From contig CAZGCK010000004.1 in NCBI GenBank assembly GCA_964524175.1, forward strand, positions 6,729-66,777: a stretch of DNA of 60,049 nucleotides, in the 5' to 3' direction. Made by a program: the position numbers and the translations under genes. The stretch comes from an uncultured Bacteriovoracaceae bacterium. Its GTDB lineage: Bacteria > Bdellovibrionota > UBA1018. Positions 20,319 to 30,089 of this stretch are shown here, piece by piece (the stretch's first letter is position 1; every line of letters begins with the position of its first letter). Below the pieces are notes generated by a model, which saw nothing but the letters and a program-made list of their open reading frames with translations, made no database searches and had not been told where the DNA came from.

Positions 20319-21943
20319 GACGCTCAGGGTTCTACCATTATAGAGTGTGCCCGCGACGGCTTGGGATCGCGGTGGCCCTGTCGGTCGGTTACCTGGTCTT
20401 TGGCACGCACAGCGTGCGGGCGGAGACCGTTTCTGGCGCTCAGTACCTCAGGGACTCACGCGAGTTTTACTCAGCAGGGCAGTACTTCAAGGCTGCTCGC
20501 TATGCGTTTGCTGCAAACGAGATGGATGCCAGTTTGCAGGCCGAGGCCGACGCACAGATCACAATCAGTCTCATTCGAGCGAACCTAGACAATGCGGCTT
20601 CTTATTTCTTTATTCGCACGCTTCAGAGTGGCAATAAGAGCGCGATTCGTCGAGTCTTGACCGAGACGCAGACGATGTTGGTTCGCGTGGGCGGGGATAT
20701 CTTTCGCAAGTACCTTATACGACACACGACTTATGAGGACTACGATGCCCTCAATCGAAGCGCCTATCTCTACGCGCTCGGCAAGGACGCCCTGCTTTCT
20801 GGTCGCGAGACTCAAGCCGTGGGTTATCTCAACGCGATCTCGTCGAGTAGCCCGCTTTGGCCGTTTGCGCTTCAGCTCAGAGGCTCTGCTTTTGCGATTC
20901 AGGGCAAGACCAATGAAGCCTTGGCTGATTTTGAATCCTGTCAGAACGAAGCGAGCAAGGCTACTCAGGGTTTGAGCGAGTCCGGTGACGTCGATCGCTT
21001 GCGCATCAAGCAGGCCGAGCGTGAGGCAGGGGATCTCAAGGCGCGTTGCCAAGCAGGCGAGGCGCGCACCCTTTACCAGGCTGACCGGTTTGATGAAGCC
21101 GATCAGACCTACGATCAAATTGCCAAGGCGAGCTTGGTTTGGCCTGACATCTTGTTCGAGCAGGCGTGGAATTCTTTTGGTCAAAAAGAATACAATCGCA
21201 CATTGGGCAAACTTGTTTCGTACAAGAGTCCGGCTCTGAGCTTCATGTTCAATAGCGAGGCCGATGTCTTGCGCGCTCAGTCCTACTTGACGCTTTGCTT
21301 GTACAGCGATGCGAACGAGGTGATCAACGAGTTCAATAGTCGCTACACCAAAGTGGGCGAGGAGACCAAGCGGTTTATCGAGTCTAACTCCAATGACCTG
21401 AATGCTTTTTATCGTCTGGGAGCTGAGACGCTTTCTCAGTCCCTTTACACGTCAAACGAGTTCAGACGCATGATCAATCGCTTTGTTCGTGGGCCCTATT
21501 TTCAGAACTTGGCTCGCTCCGAGCGCGAGGTGAAGGGCGAGGCGGTTGCGATTAAGCAATTCGCCGCTCAACAGTCAGGTGTTTCTCCCAAAGGCCGGGG
21601 TTTTCCTGGGTTCTTGGGCGAGGTGCTAGGTTGGCGGATTCGCGCGATTCACGTCATTGGCGGTGCGTTCGTCAAGAACAGCATGCTCGACTATTATGCG
21701 ACCTTGATCGCTGACTTCGAGAAAATGGCTTTCATCAAGCTCGAGATGCTCAGCCGCGCTAAAGATCAATTGGTTTACAAGAACCTCAAGCGCTCAAGCG
21801 AGGACCGTGAGCGCGGCTCACGGGAGCCTTCGAGGCGAGACTATCAGTATTACTGGTCTTTTAACGGAGAGTTCTGGACGGATGAACTGGGTGATTACGT
21901 CTTTGGGCTCGAGTCCCAATGCAAGGTGAGCGATGGCGGCTAA
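20315..21943 (+). CDS. secreted helical-repeat/TPR-like protein (GltC/NfsC-like position)
   Basis: 542 aa. The GTG overlaps the upstream stop (GTGA). It has a signal peptide (ALSVGYLVFGTHSVRA/ET) and an A/L/Y-rich helical-repeat composition. Confidence 0.5.
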   Translation: MRRSGFYHYRVCPRRLGIAVALSVGYLVFGTHSVRAETVSGAQYLRDSREFYSAGQYFKAARYAFAANEMDASLQAEADAQITISLIRANLDNAASYFFIRTLQSGNKSAIRRVLTETQTMLVRVGGDIFRKYLIRHTTYEDYDALNRSAYLYALGKDALLSGRETQAVGYLNAISSSSPLWPFALQLRGSAFAIQGKTNEALADFESCQNEASKATQGLSESGDVDRLRIKQAEREAGDLKARCQAGEARTLYQADRFDEADQTYDQIAKASLVWPDILFEQAWNSFGQKEYNRTLGKLVSYKSPALSFMFNSEADVLRAQSYLTLCLYSDANEVINEFNSRYTKVGEETKRFIESNSNDLNAFYRLGAETLSQSLYTSNEFRRMINRFVRGPYFQNLARSEREVKGEAVAIKQFAAQQSGVSPKGRGFPGFLGEVLGWRIRAIHVIGGAFVKNSMLDYYATLIADFEKMAFIKLEMLSRAKDQLVYKNLKRSSEDRERGSREPSRRDYQYYWSFNGEFWTDELGDYVFGLESQCKVSDGG

Positions 21944-24900
21944 GATCTTAGCGATTCTCGGACTCTGCTTTTCTTTAGTCGCGGTTGCAGGTGCGCCTTA
22001 CACCGAGCGCGAGATGCGTGCCGCTGAAGTGGGCGACGAGAGCAAGATCCGGCAGATCCGGGAAGAGGAGATCACGCAGATTCGAATCGCCTTAGGGCGT
22101 CGAGCTGCCGCCAATCGCCGAGCGGATCTCTATTTTAGATTGGCCGAGATCTATATCGAAGCCTATCGCTCCGAGTACATTCTTGAGGGTCGTGTTCACG
22201 ACAGGCGGTTGGAGCGGGGTGAAGAAGACAAATTCATCGATCACTCGCATTCGCAGCCCTTCTTGAATGCTGGGGTAAAAGCCTGCAACGAGATCATTTC
22301 GTATAAGATCCCGTTCGCAAAACTTGATCAGGTTTATTACTTTCTTGGATTCAATCATAGCGAGCTGGGCGATCGCTCCAGGGGAACCAAGTATTTCGAG
22401 TACCTTACGCAGCATTTTCCATCGAGTCCCTTTGTCGTCGAGGCTTACAAAGAGCTCGGAAACGCCGCGTACGATCAGGCAAACTATCGCAAGGCTCAAG
22501 GGTATTATGAGCAGGCTCTCAGAGCCGCTTCAGGCAAAAGCGCGCACGCAGATTCGCTGCCTCACATCCATCATCGCCTGGCTTGGTGTTATTACAGGAC
22601 CAAGCAGTTTGACCGCGCAGTTGAGACGATGAAGCAAGCTGTGACCTCAGCCCAGGGAAGCGGCGAGAAGTATCTTTCCCTGCATGAAGAGGCGCTCCGA
22701 GACATGGCCATGTTCATGACGGAGACGGGCCAGGTCGAGCAGGCGATCCGGTACTTTAGCCAAGTCGTCAACGACAAGCAGTACTATCCTAAGCTGCTCG
22801 AGAAGCTGGGAAAGCAATATGAGCGCAATGTCGAGCCTGCCAAAGCGACCCAGGTTTATGAGTCGTTGCTTAAGACCAATCCAGAATCTGAAAGCGCTTT
22901 TCGCGTTCTCGTGAAGCTTGTGGACCTGGATCTTCGTCGAGGACGCTTTACCGAAGCCTTAACTCGCATAGCTCAAGTGAAGGTGCCGACCGGCGGCGAG
23001 CATGAGACTCAAGTGGCATCTCAGAATCTTCGCGCAATGATTCGTCGGACTGCGACAGAGCATCACGAAAAATTTAGGCGCACTGGCAATCGTCCTTCTC
23101 TAGGCGTTGCTGAGAGCTACTACACGACTTATCTGGATACGTTCTTGTCTCTCGACGATTCAAGACGCGAGACCCCGGAGATCCAGATGTATCTCGCAGA
23201 AGTGAAGCGGGAGCTTGGCAAGGATCGCGAGGCTTCGCAGCTTTATCGCAAAGTCCTCGAGAGCAAAGATAAGCGTTACGCCAAGGAAGCTGGAGCTCTC
23301 TGGACTTCGAGCCTCTCTGAGTCGATTCGCAAGACCGCTCAATCCACCAAGACGCCAGCGGGTGCCAAAGCTGCCGAGCCCTCTGCGCTCGAAGTCGAGT
23401 TCATCGAAGCTGCCGACCGTTTGCAAGAAGCTCTGGGAGAAACCAACGAGGGCCGCGAGGCGGCTTTGCGAGCCGCGCAGGTTCAGGCTGGCTACAAAGA
23501 CACAAAAAAAACCGCTATCAAGCGCATCAAGAAGATCATCGACAAATGGCCTCGCACTGCTCAAGCCCTTACTGCCGCTCAACTCTGGCTTCAGCTCGAA
23601 GCCGAAGGCGATCCGGATGATTTGAAAAGCGTCATCAAGGAGCTGCGCAAGAACGATACTCTCTTGGCTTTTGATCAAGAATCAGGCGGAAAGCTCAAAG
23701 CGCAGCTTGCCGACCAGGACACACGGCTCAAGATCAGCGTCATTGATCGCGAGGAGAAGAACCACGACTTCGACGATGCCGGCAAAAACTACGAGAGCTT
23801 TGCTAACGATTCTCAAGGCAAGGACCTCGCTGAGAAGGCTTACGCAAACGCTGTGACAAGCTATCTCAAGGCAGGCGGATCGGACGCCGCTGAGGGCATC
23901 GAACGCGTAGCGGGCTCATGGCTCAAGCGCTATCCAAAATCTGCCCGGGTCAGTGAGGCGCTCCGGGGCGCGGCCACCCAGTTTTTGGTGACCGGACAGT
24001 TCGAACCAGCAGCTCGAATCTTTGACAAGCTTGGGCGCGAAGCCTCCGACGCGGATTCGCTCGAGACTGCGGCTAAGATTTTTGATGGGATCGGAGAGAC
24101 CGGCAAGGCTCAGCAGGCTAGGTCGGCTCATTTGCAAGCGTTTCCCAGTTCTCCGCGCCGATCGGGTGTCGCGCTTGACTTGGCTCGTTCCCTCGACTCA
24201 AGCCGACAAGATGCTCCAGCCGTAACGGCGTACCGGACCTGCATGTCAGCCGGCGATGGCCAGGCCGCTGCCGAGTGCGGTGCGCGTCTGGGCGACTTAT
24301 ACATGCGCAACCAAGAAGTGCCGCAGGCCAAGGCGGCTTATCGCGAGGTCAGCGCCAACCGTGGCACCGCCTCTCGCCCTGAGAAGCGCAAAGCCAAGAG
24401 AAAAAAAGGCAAGGCCAAGCAAGTCGAGCCGCCCGCGGTTGCTAGCTCCGCAGGGGCTGTCAAAGGGGTGTCTTCTCCGTTTGTGGGTTACGCGCGATTC
24501 AAGCTCGCTGAGCTCCTGGAGCAAGAAGCTAAGTTTGAGCGCATGGAATTGCCCGAAGAGCGGCTAAAAAAAGGCCTCAATCAGCGCATGGAGTTTCTCG
24601 AGCCTTTGAGTCGCGCTTACCTGTCAGCGGTGGACGCCGGAGGCCCATGGGCCGTGGCCGCGCTGGATCGTTTGGCCGGCTGGGCGATGGGTTTTGCCGA
24701 CGAGGTCGACAACATTTCGCCACCTCACGCAGCAGAAGGTGAGGCTATCAATCGATTTCATAAGAGTTTGCAGCAAGTCAGCTCTCCACTTCGCAAGCGT
24801 GCGATCACGACTTGGGCCGAGGCTTACGCCAAAGCGCTGAGCGCAGAGTCGCTGAGCCCGGTGCTCCCTGCTATGTCGGATCGGTTGGCGGATGCGCTCG

Positions 24901-25676
24901 GGATCGACGCAAAGGGCAGCAACGTGCCTGCGCGCGCCCAGGGGTTCAGAGGGCGTCTTCGTTTGGCGGGTGTTCCGGCTGACGGTGGCCAAGATGGCAG
25001 GTCCACCTCGTTTAAGAAAACGCGCGATCGCTTGAGCAAGAGTGTGCAGGACACTCAGGCGTGGGTTGACTACGGCAATCTGCTTTGGGGAGATGGCCGA
25101 CCGGGACTAGCTAGAATCGCCTATGAACGCGCTCTCAGTTTAAACGCTCGCAGTCCCGCGGCTCTCAACAACCATGCGGTGGTAGTCTTGAGCACCGAGG
25201 GCGAAGAAGCATGGCTTGCGGCCGCGGAGGCCAATCAGTTTTTCTTGGATGCGCTCAAGATCGAAGAGTTTTTCTTAGCTGCGAAGATGAATCGCGCTGC
25301 TCTGCTGAGTTATTACCGCTTGTTTAGCAAAGCCAAGCCGATCTGGGATCAGATTCTGATCAAAGTAGTGGGTACCGACGCGGCACAAGATGCTCATGAT
25401 GGTTTAGGGATCGTGCTTCAAGGGATGGGGCAGCAGAGATTGGCCGAAACCGAATTTATGAAGGCGACCGAGGCAGGTGCCCGCAAGTCGCGCTTCGCGC
25501 TGCTCTATCATGAGGCGGCTCGCATCGCGACGCAGACGGGCCTCACCGGCGCTGAGCAATGTCTTTCGAAGCTTTCGGACATCGATTCGACAGCGATCGC
25601 GGGATTCGAGAAGAGCTCAGTCGAGCATCTCAAGAATCTCTGCAGTCGCTCAAAAGGCGAGGCGAGTGGCAAATGA
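21933..25676 (+). CDS. large secreted TPR-repeat protein (GltD/AgmU/NfsD-like)
   Basis: 1247 aa with a signal peptide (LCFSLVAVAGA/PY) and many TPR-like units (e.g. AYKELGNAAYDQANYRKAQGYYEQAL). Its size is similar to my recollection of M. xanthus AgmU. It overlaps the upstream gene by 11 nt. Confidence 0.6.
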   Translation: MAAKILAILGLCFSLVAVAGAPYTEREMRAAEVGDESKIRQIREEEITQIRIALGRRAAANRRADLYFRLAEIYIEAYRSEYILEGRVHDRRLERGEEDKFIDHSHSQPFLNAGVKACNEIISYKIPFAKLDQVYYFLGFNHSELGDRSRGTKYFEYLTQHFPSSPFVVEAYKELGNAAYDQANYRKAQGYYEQALRAASGKSAHADSLPHIHHRLAWCYYRTKQFDRAVETMKQAVTSAQGSGEKYLSLHEEALRDMAMFMTETGQVEQAIRYFSQVVNDKQYYPKLLEKLGKQYERNVEPAKATQVYESLLKTNPESESAFRVLVKLVDLDLRRGRFTEALTRIAQVKVPTGGEHETQVASQNLRAMIRRTATEHHEKFRRTGNRPSLGVAESYYTTYLDTFLSLDDSRRETPEIQMYLAEVKRELGKDREASQLYRKVLESKDKRYAKEAGALWTSSLSESIRKTAQSTKTPAGAKAAEPSALEVEFIEAADRLQEALGETNEGREAALRAAQVQAGYKDTKKTAIKRIKKIIDKWPRTAQALTAAQLWLQLEAEGDPDDLKSVIKELRKNDTLLAFDQESGGKLKAQLADQDTRLKISVIDREEKNHDFDDAGKNYESFANDSQGKDLAEKAYANAVTSYLKAGGSDAAEGIERVAGSWLKRYPKSARVSEALRGAATQFLVTGQFEPAARIFDKLGREASDADSLETAAKIFDGIGETGKAQQARSAHLQAFPSSPRRSGVALDLARSLDSSRQDAPAVTAYRTCMSAGDGQAAAECGARLGDLYMRNQEVPQAKAAYREVSANRGTASRPEKRKAKRKKGKAKQVEPPAVASSAGAVKGVSSPFVGYARFKLAELLEQEAKFERMELPEERLKKGLNQRMEFLEPLSRAYLSAVDAGGPWAVAALDRLAGWAMGFADEVDNISPPHAAEGEAINRFHKSLQQVSSPLRKRAITTWAEAYAKALSAESLSPVLPAMSDRLADALGIDAKGSNVPARAQGFRGRLRLAGVPADGGQDGRSTSFKKTRDRLSKSVQDTQAWVDYGNLLWGDGRPGLARIAYERALSLNARSPAALNNHAVVVLSTEGEEAWLAAAEANQFFLDALKIEEFFLAAKMNRAALLSYYRLFSKAKPIWDQILIKVVGTDAAQDAHDGLGIVLQGMGQQRLAETEFMKATEAGARKSRFALLYHEAARIATQTGLTGAEQCLSKLSDIDSTAIAGFEKSSVEHLKNLCSRSKGEASGK

Positions 25677-26059
25677 AAATCAGGGAACTGTTGCGTAAGG
25701 CGGTCTTCATCCTCATCTTGGCGGCAGTCGGAGGCGTCGCGTTCGCGGCTGGGCTGGCATGGTCGTCGGGCAGATCGCATGCGTTTGATATCGACGAAGT
25801 TGAGCGTCCGGCTATCCCAGCTGACATCGTTCTAGATCGCCTTCCCTCCGCAGAGGTCAGCAAAGGGGGCAAGGCACCCAATGTGCTTTACCCTAAGCGG
25901 ACTGATCTCGACTTCGAGGGTCTTAAGCTCCAAGGAGAGCTTCGCAATCCGGGCGAATTTTATTTTCAGCACCGGACAGAAGAAAAGTTCGATTCACTCG
26001 TCAAAAGACGCAAAAACTTTCACCAGGAGATGCTTCGGGACGCAGTCCTGAGCAAGTAA
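25673..26059 (+). CDS. small single-pass membrane protein (GltF-like position)
   Basis: The ATG overlaps the upstream stop (ATGA, 25673-25676). 128 aa with one N-terminal TM segment (AVFILILAAVGGVAFAAGLAW). No family recognised. Confidence 0.4.
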   Translation: MKIRELLRKAVFILILAAVGGVAFAAGLAWSSGRSHAFDIDEVERPAIPADIVLDRLPSAEVSKGGKAPNVLYPKRTDLDFEGLKLQGELRNPGEFYFQHRTEEKFDSLVKRRKNFHQEMLRDAVLSK

Positions 26060-26062
26060 CCT

Positions 26063-28114
26063 ATGAGCTCAGACAATAACGATAAAACGATTGGCGGCAA
26101 ACCAGCTTTGGGCTTGGGAGCTCAACCGCCTGGCCCAAGAAAGGTCATCGTTCTGAGCGGCCAAGTGGGCGGAGAGCTCAAGACATGGCGTTTGGATAAA
26201 GAACGCATCGTCATCGGGTCGGTGATCTCGGCAGATGTCAGGCTGACAGGGGATGGGGTCGCTCCGATCCACGCGGTTTTAGAAGGCGCGCCCGAAGCGA
26301 TGGTTTACGACTTAGCGAGCGATACCGGCGTATTCGTCAACGGGAGCAAAGTCATCACTCAAGCTCTCAGCAATGCCGACGAAGTGACCATTGGGCGCCA
26401 CAAGCTCAGCTTCTCGCTCGAGGATCGCTCAGAGCTTGCCGCTAAGATGATTGCCAAGTTTGGCAAGGACAGCGTGTGGGACTCCGAAGGCCGCAAGCTG
26501 TTCTTCAACCCCAACGAAGACTTCAAGCCGCTTCTGCTCGAAGACGAGCGCGAAGTGGATGAGATTTTTGACTACCGCCCAGCCTCACGAACCGCGCTTG
26601 AAGTGATCATGTCATGGCAGGGGACCGTGCTCGCAGTCGAGCATTTCGTAAGCGAGAAGATGGTTACAGTAGGAAGCGAGATTCAAAACGATTTTGGCAT
26701 TCCTCCGATTTTGTCTTCGGGCAAGTACGCGATCGTGACTCGTTCGGGTGGGGACTTCGTTCTCAATTTTGACCCGCAGATGAAAGGAGTCATGCAGCGC
26801 AAAGGAGAACTTCTCCCGATCGGCGGCAGGCAGCCTGCAGTGATCCCGATCTTCAAGGATGATTTTGCCAAGGTTTCGATCGGTAACGTCGATTTCTACC
26901 TCAGCTTCACGCAGGCGCCGCCGCGGCTGAAGCGAGGTCGTCTATTCGACAAAGATCCGTTTTTTCTGAAGCTCTTTTTGTCATCTCTTGCGCTGACGTT
27001 GCTTACGATCTTTTCTCTGCTCAACATGAAAGTCGTGCAGACCCTTGAAGCCGAGCAGCTGCCCGATCGCATTGCTACGATCTTGTATCAGCCCGAGAAG
27101 TACGCGTACAAGCCTCCGAGTCAGGAAAAGGATACTTCAACTCGTGAAGAAGTGACGCAGACGACTCCCGTGGCCAAAGAGACGCCTAAGCCTCGGCCCA
27201 CGACTCACGTCGATATTCAGCCTAATCCGGCGAATCTCAAGAAGCCGGTGCCTAAAGAAATGGACACGGGCTCTAACAGGGGCAAGATCGCCACGCAGAG
27301 CAAAAAGCAGCCTGCCCCATCTAAGGGGCAACGAGGCGCCAAAGAAGGCGAGGGTGCACGCGCAAAAGGTGTCGAGGGCACACGTGGCAAGAAGAACGCT
27401 GCTGCTGATAAAACGCCCCAGAACAAAGCAGCGATTCCGGATCCTAGGGGCGGCAAGGGACTTGGCAGCAGCAATAGTCAGACACCTGACATCGGCAACG
27501 TCGATTTCCTCAAAGGAGCCACCGGTAAGATCGAGAATATCTTGGCCGGTGCTGGGGCTCAGCTAGGAAAGGGTGGCGACTCCCTCAAGGGTCTCGGCGG
27601 CTTCGATACCCGCGGCAATGGGGGGCTGGCGATCTCCGGTGGTGGCAAAGGAGGCGGCGGTACCTCTGACCTCGCGCAAGGCGTAGGCAACAAAGGCCGT
27701 GGTTTTGGGCGCGTTGGCACAGGTTTAGGTGCCGCGGGCAATGGCAGCGGCATCATTGGCGGCCAGGCGCGTGTGGCGATCAAGAGCGGTGGTCCCGAAG
27801 AGGCGATCGTCATGGGCTCGATCGACACGGATGCCGTCGAGGCCGCCTTGCTAGCGCACAAGGATGAGTTCAGGTTCTGCTATGAGAAAGAGATCAATGC
27901 AGAGCACCCGAACCTCTCCGGACGCATCGGCACAAGTTTCGTCATTGGACCGAGCGGCAAAGTCACTCAAGCTGGTATCGAGTCCTCTACGATGAAGAAT
28001 GCCAATGTCGAGGGTTGTGTAGTCAGGGTCATCAAGCGCATCGATTTCCCCATCCCGCGCGGCGGCGGCACTGTGCACGTGAAGTATCCGTTTAAGTACT
28101 CTTCGGTGAGGTAG
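26063..28114 (+). CDS. FHA-domain membrane protein with K/P-rich and G-rich linkers and an AgmX/PglI-type TonB-C-like domain (GltG/GltJ-like)
   Basis: N-terminal FHA (IVIGS...DVRL...VAPIHAVL...DLASDTGVFVNGSKV...IGRHKLSF), one TM segment (LFLSSLALTLLTIFSLL), a Lys/Pro-rich then Gly-rich linker, and a C-terminal domain FRFCYEKEIN...GRIGTSFVIGPSGKV...VEGCV...FPIPRGGGTVHVKYPF. Confidence 0.7.
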   Translation: MSSDNNDKTIGGKPALGLGAQPPGPRKVIVLSGQVGGELKTWRLDKERIVIGSVISADVRLTGDGVAPIHAVLEGAPEAMVYDLASDTGVFVNGSKVITQALSNADEVTIGRHKLSFSLEDRSELAAKMIAKFGKDSVWDSEGRKLFFNPNEDFKPLLLEDEREVDEIFDYRPASRTALEVIMSWQGTVLAVEHFVSEKMVTVGSEIQNDFGIPPILSSGKYAIVTRSGGDFVLNFDPQMKGVMQRKGELLPIGGRQPAVIPIFKDDFAKVSIGNVDFYLSFTQAPPRLKRGRLFDKDPFFLKLFLSSLALTLLTIFSLLNMKVVQTLEAEQLPDRIATILYQPEKYAYKPPSQEKDTSTREEVTQTTPVAKETPKPRPTTHVDIQPNPANLKKPVPKEMDTGSNRGKIATQSKKQPAPSKGQRGAKEGEGARAKGVEGTRGKKNAAADKTPQNKAAIPDPRGGKGLGSSNSQTPDIGNVDFLKGATGKIENILAGAGAQLGKGGDSLKGLGGFDTRGNGGLAISGGGKGGGGTSDLAQGVGNKGRGFGRVGTGLGAAGNGSGIIGGQARVAIKSGGPEEAIVMGSIDTDAVEAALLAHKDEFRFCYEKEINAEHPNLSGRIGTSFVIGPSGKVTQAGIESSTMKNANVEGCVVRVIKRIDFPIPRGGGTVHVKYPFKYSSVR

Positions 28115-28231
28115 GGCAGAGAGAGGGTGCCTGTCGCCTTTTTGGAGTACAGTGCACCGAGCAGACGAAATGCTATACAATTTTGCAGGTCAGTTTTTCG
28201 GTCACCGATTAACCCCGAAGTGAGAAACACC

Positions 28232-30058
28232 ATGAAACTGCTCCCCAGTTTTACTCGCGTCTTCCTGAGTGCATCCCTGCTCGCCAGTGCCGCTAGCCTG
28301 GCAGCGCAGAGGCCCGCACCGACTCCCTACGAAAAAGACTGCGCTACGATCGCACGCCAGAAAGGCCGCGACCAGCAGCGGTTCAAACAGTTCCTCGACC
28401 TCGACTGGAAGCACGAGATGATCGAGTCTCCCGAGGCCGCCACCTACGTCGGCTATCCGGGACAGAACGATCGATGGTCCGACTTTTCCTTTGAATCCAT
28501 CGAGCGCCGCAAGCGTGAGCTTGAGGCAACAGCTACAGTGCTCAAGTCAATCGACCGCAGACAGCTCAAGCCTGCGGATCGAACCAGCTACGAGCTTTTT
28601 CTGCACAGTCTCGAGGAGCAACTCACTGCCCGAAAGTTCCCCAGCGAGCTCATCCCGGTGAGCCAAATGGATGGTGTTCAAAAAAACCTGGCCGACACCC
28701 TTGAAGCGATGTCCACCGCCACACTCAAAGACTACGAAGACCGCCTCGCTCGGCTCAAAGGTATTCCTAAAGTCCTCGATCAAACCACCTCACTGCTCAA
28801 AGAGGGTCTCAAGCGTGGCGTGACCTACCCTAAGATCTCCCTGCAAGGCGTCCCGGGCCAGATCGCTCAGCAGATCACCGACGAGATCATCGCTGATCCA
28901 CTCAAAAGCCCCATGCTCGCCGCTTTCAAAAAATTCTCAACTTCCATACCCGCCCCAGATCAAGAGCGTCTAAAAAATGAAGCCTCCGCCATCATGACTG
29001 CCCAGGTGCTCCCGGCCCTCAAGAGCTTCTACCAGTTCTTCACGCAGACCTATCTTCCTGGTTGCCGCGACTCCGTTTCTTGGAGTTCCATGCCCGACGG
29101 ATTAGCGTGGTACGCCCATAAAGCTCGCCATCACACCACCACCGACCTCACCCCTCAGCAGATTCACGATATCGGTCTCTCTGAAGTCAAACGCATCCGC
29201 AAAGAGATGGACGAGGTCATTGCCTCTACCGGACACAAGAAAAGCTTCGAAGAATTCTCGGCGTTTCTCAGGACCGACAAGCAGTTCTTCCTCAAGAGCT
29301 CAGAAGAGCTGATTACTCGCTACAGAGACATCGCCAAGCGCATCGATGCCGAGCTGCCCAAGCTTTTTGGCAAGCTTCCTCGGTTGCCCTACGGGGTGGT
29401 GCCGGTGCCCGAGTACGCAGCGCCTTCTCAGCCGACCGCATACTACCAAGGTGGCGCGGCCTCGGCTGGCCGAGCAGGCCTTTTCTTTGCCAACACCTAC
29501 AAGGTCGAGACTCGTCCCACCTGGGAGATGGAGGCACTGACTGCGCATGAAGCTGTCCCGGGTCACCATCTCCAAGTCGCGATCGCCCAAGAGCTCGAGA
29601 ACGTGCCCGAGTTCAGGCGACACATTGGTTACACAGCTTATGTTGAAGGTTGGGGTCTCTACGCAGAAAGCTTAGGGCGAGAGGTCGGCCTTTATAAAGA
29701 CCCTTACTCGCGCTTCGGGCAACTGACTTACGAGATCTGGCGCGCTATCCGGCTTGTCGTAGATACCGGCATCCACGCCCTGGGCTGGAACCGCCAGCAA
29801 GCGATCGATTACTTCAAACAAAATTCGAGCCGAAGCGAGCATGACATCGAAGTCGAAGTGGATCGCTACATCGTGATGCCTGGTCAAGCGCTCGCGTACA
29901 AGATTGGTGAGCTTAAGATCAAGGAGTTGAGAGCTCGTTCAACGCAGAAGCTAGGCGCCAAGTTCGATATCAGAGCTTTTCACGACAGGATTCTTGAGAA
30001 TGGCGCGTTGCCATTGGGTGTCCTCGAGAAACAGATCAACGCCTGGATAGAAAAATAG
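28232..30058 (+). CDS. DUF885-family secreted protein
   Basis: The ORF opens at 28127. The ATG at 28232 gives a signal peptide (FLSASLLASAASLAA/Q). HEAVPGHH and the downstream EGWGLY are characteristic of DUF885. Confidence 0.8.
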   Translation: MKLLPSFTRVFLSASLLASAASLAAQRPAPTPYEKDCATIARQKGRDQQRFKQFLDLDWKHEMIESPEAATYVGYPGQNDRWSDFSFESIERRKRELEATATVLKSIDRRQLKPADRTSYELFLHSLEEQLTARKFPSELIPVSQMDGVQKNLADTLEAMSTATLKDYEDRLARLKGIPKVLDQTTSLLKEGLKRGVTYPKISLQGVPGQIAQQITDEIIADPLKSPMLAAFKKFSTSIPAPDQERLKNEASAIMTAQVLPALKSFYQFFTQTYLPGCRDSVSWSSMPDGLAWYAHKARHHTTTDLTPQQIHDIGLSEVKRIRKEMDEVIASTGHKKSFEEFSAFLRTDKQFFLKSSEELITRYRDIAKRIDAELPKLFGKLPRLPYGVVPVPEYAAPSQPTAYYQGGAASAGRAGLFFANTYKVETRPTWEMEALTAHEAVPGHHLQVAIAQELENVPEFRRHIGYTAYVEGWGLYAESLGREVGLYKDPYSRFGQLTYEIWRAIRLVVDTGIHALGWNRQQAIDYFKQNSSRSEHDIEVEVDRYIVMPGQALAYKIGELKIKELRARSTQKLGAKFDIRAFHDRILENGALPLGVLEKQINAWIEK

Positions 30059-30089
30059 TTCTGGTCTGACCGTTGCAATATCTTGGTGC

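Noticed and set aside
27100-27760. Repetitive-looking DNA (Lys/Pro-rich then Gly-rich stretches), considered as a tandem repeat or CRISPR-like element.
   Set aside because: It is in-frame low-complexity linker sequence of the FHA-TonB_C-like protein. There is no regular repeat-spacer periodicity.
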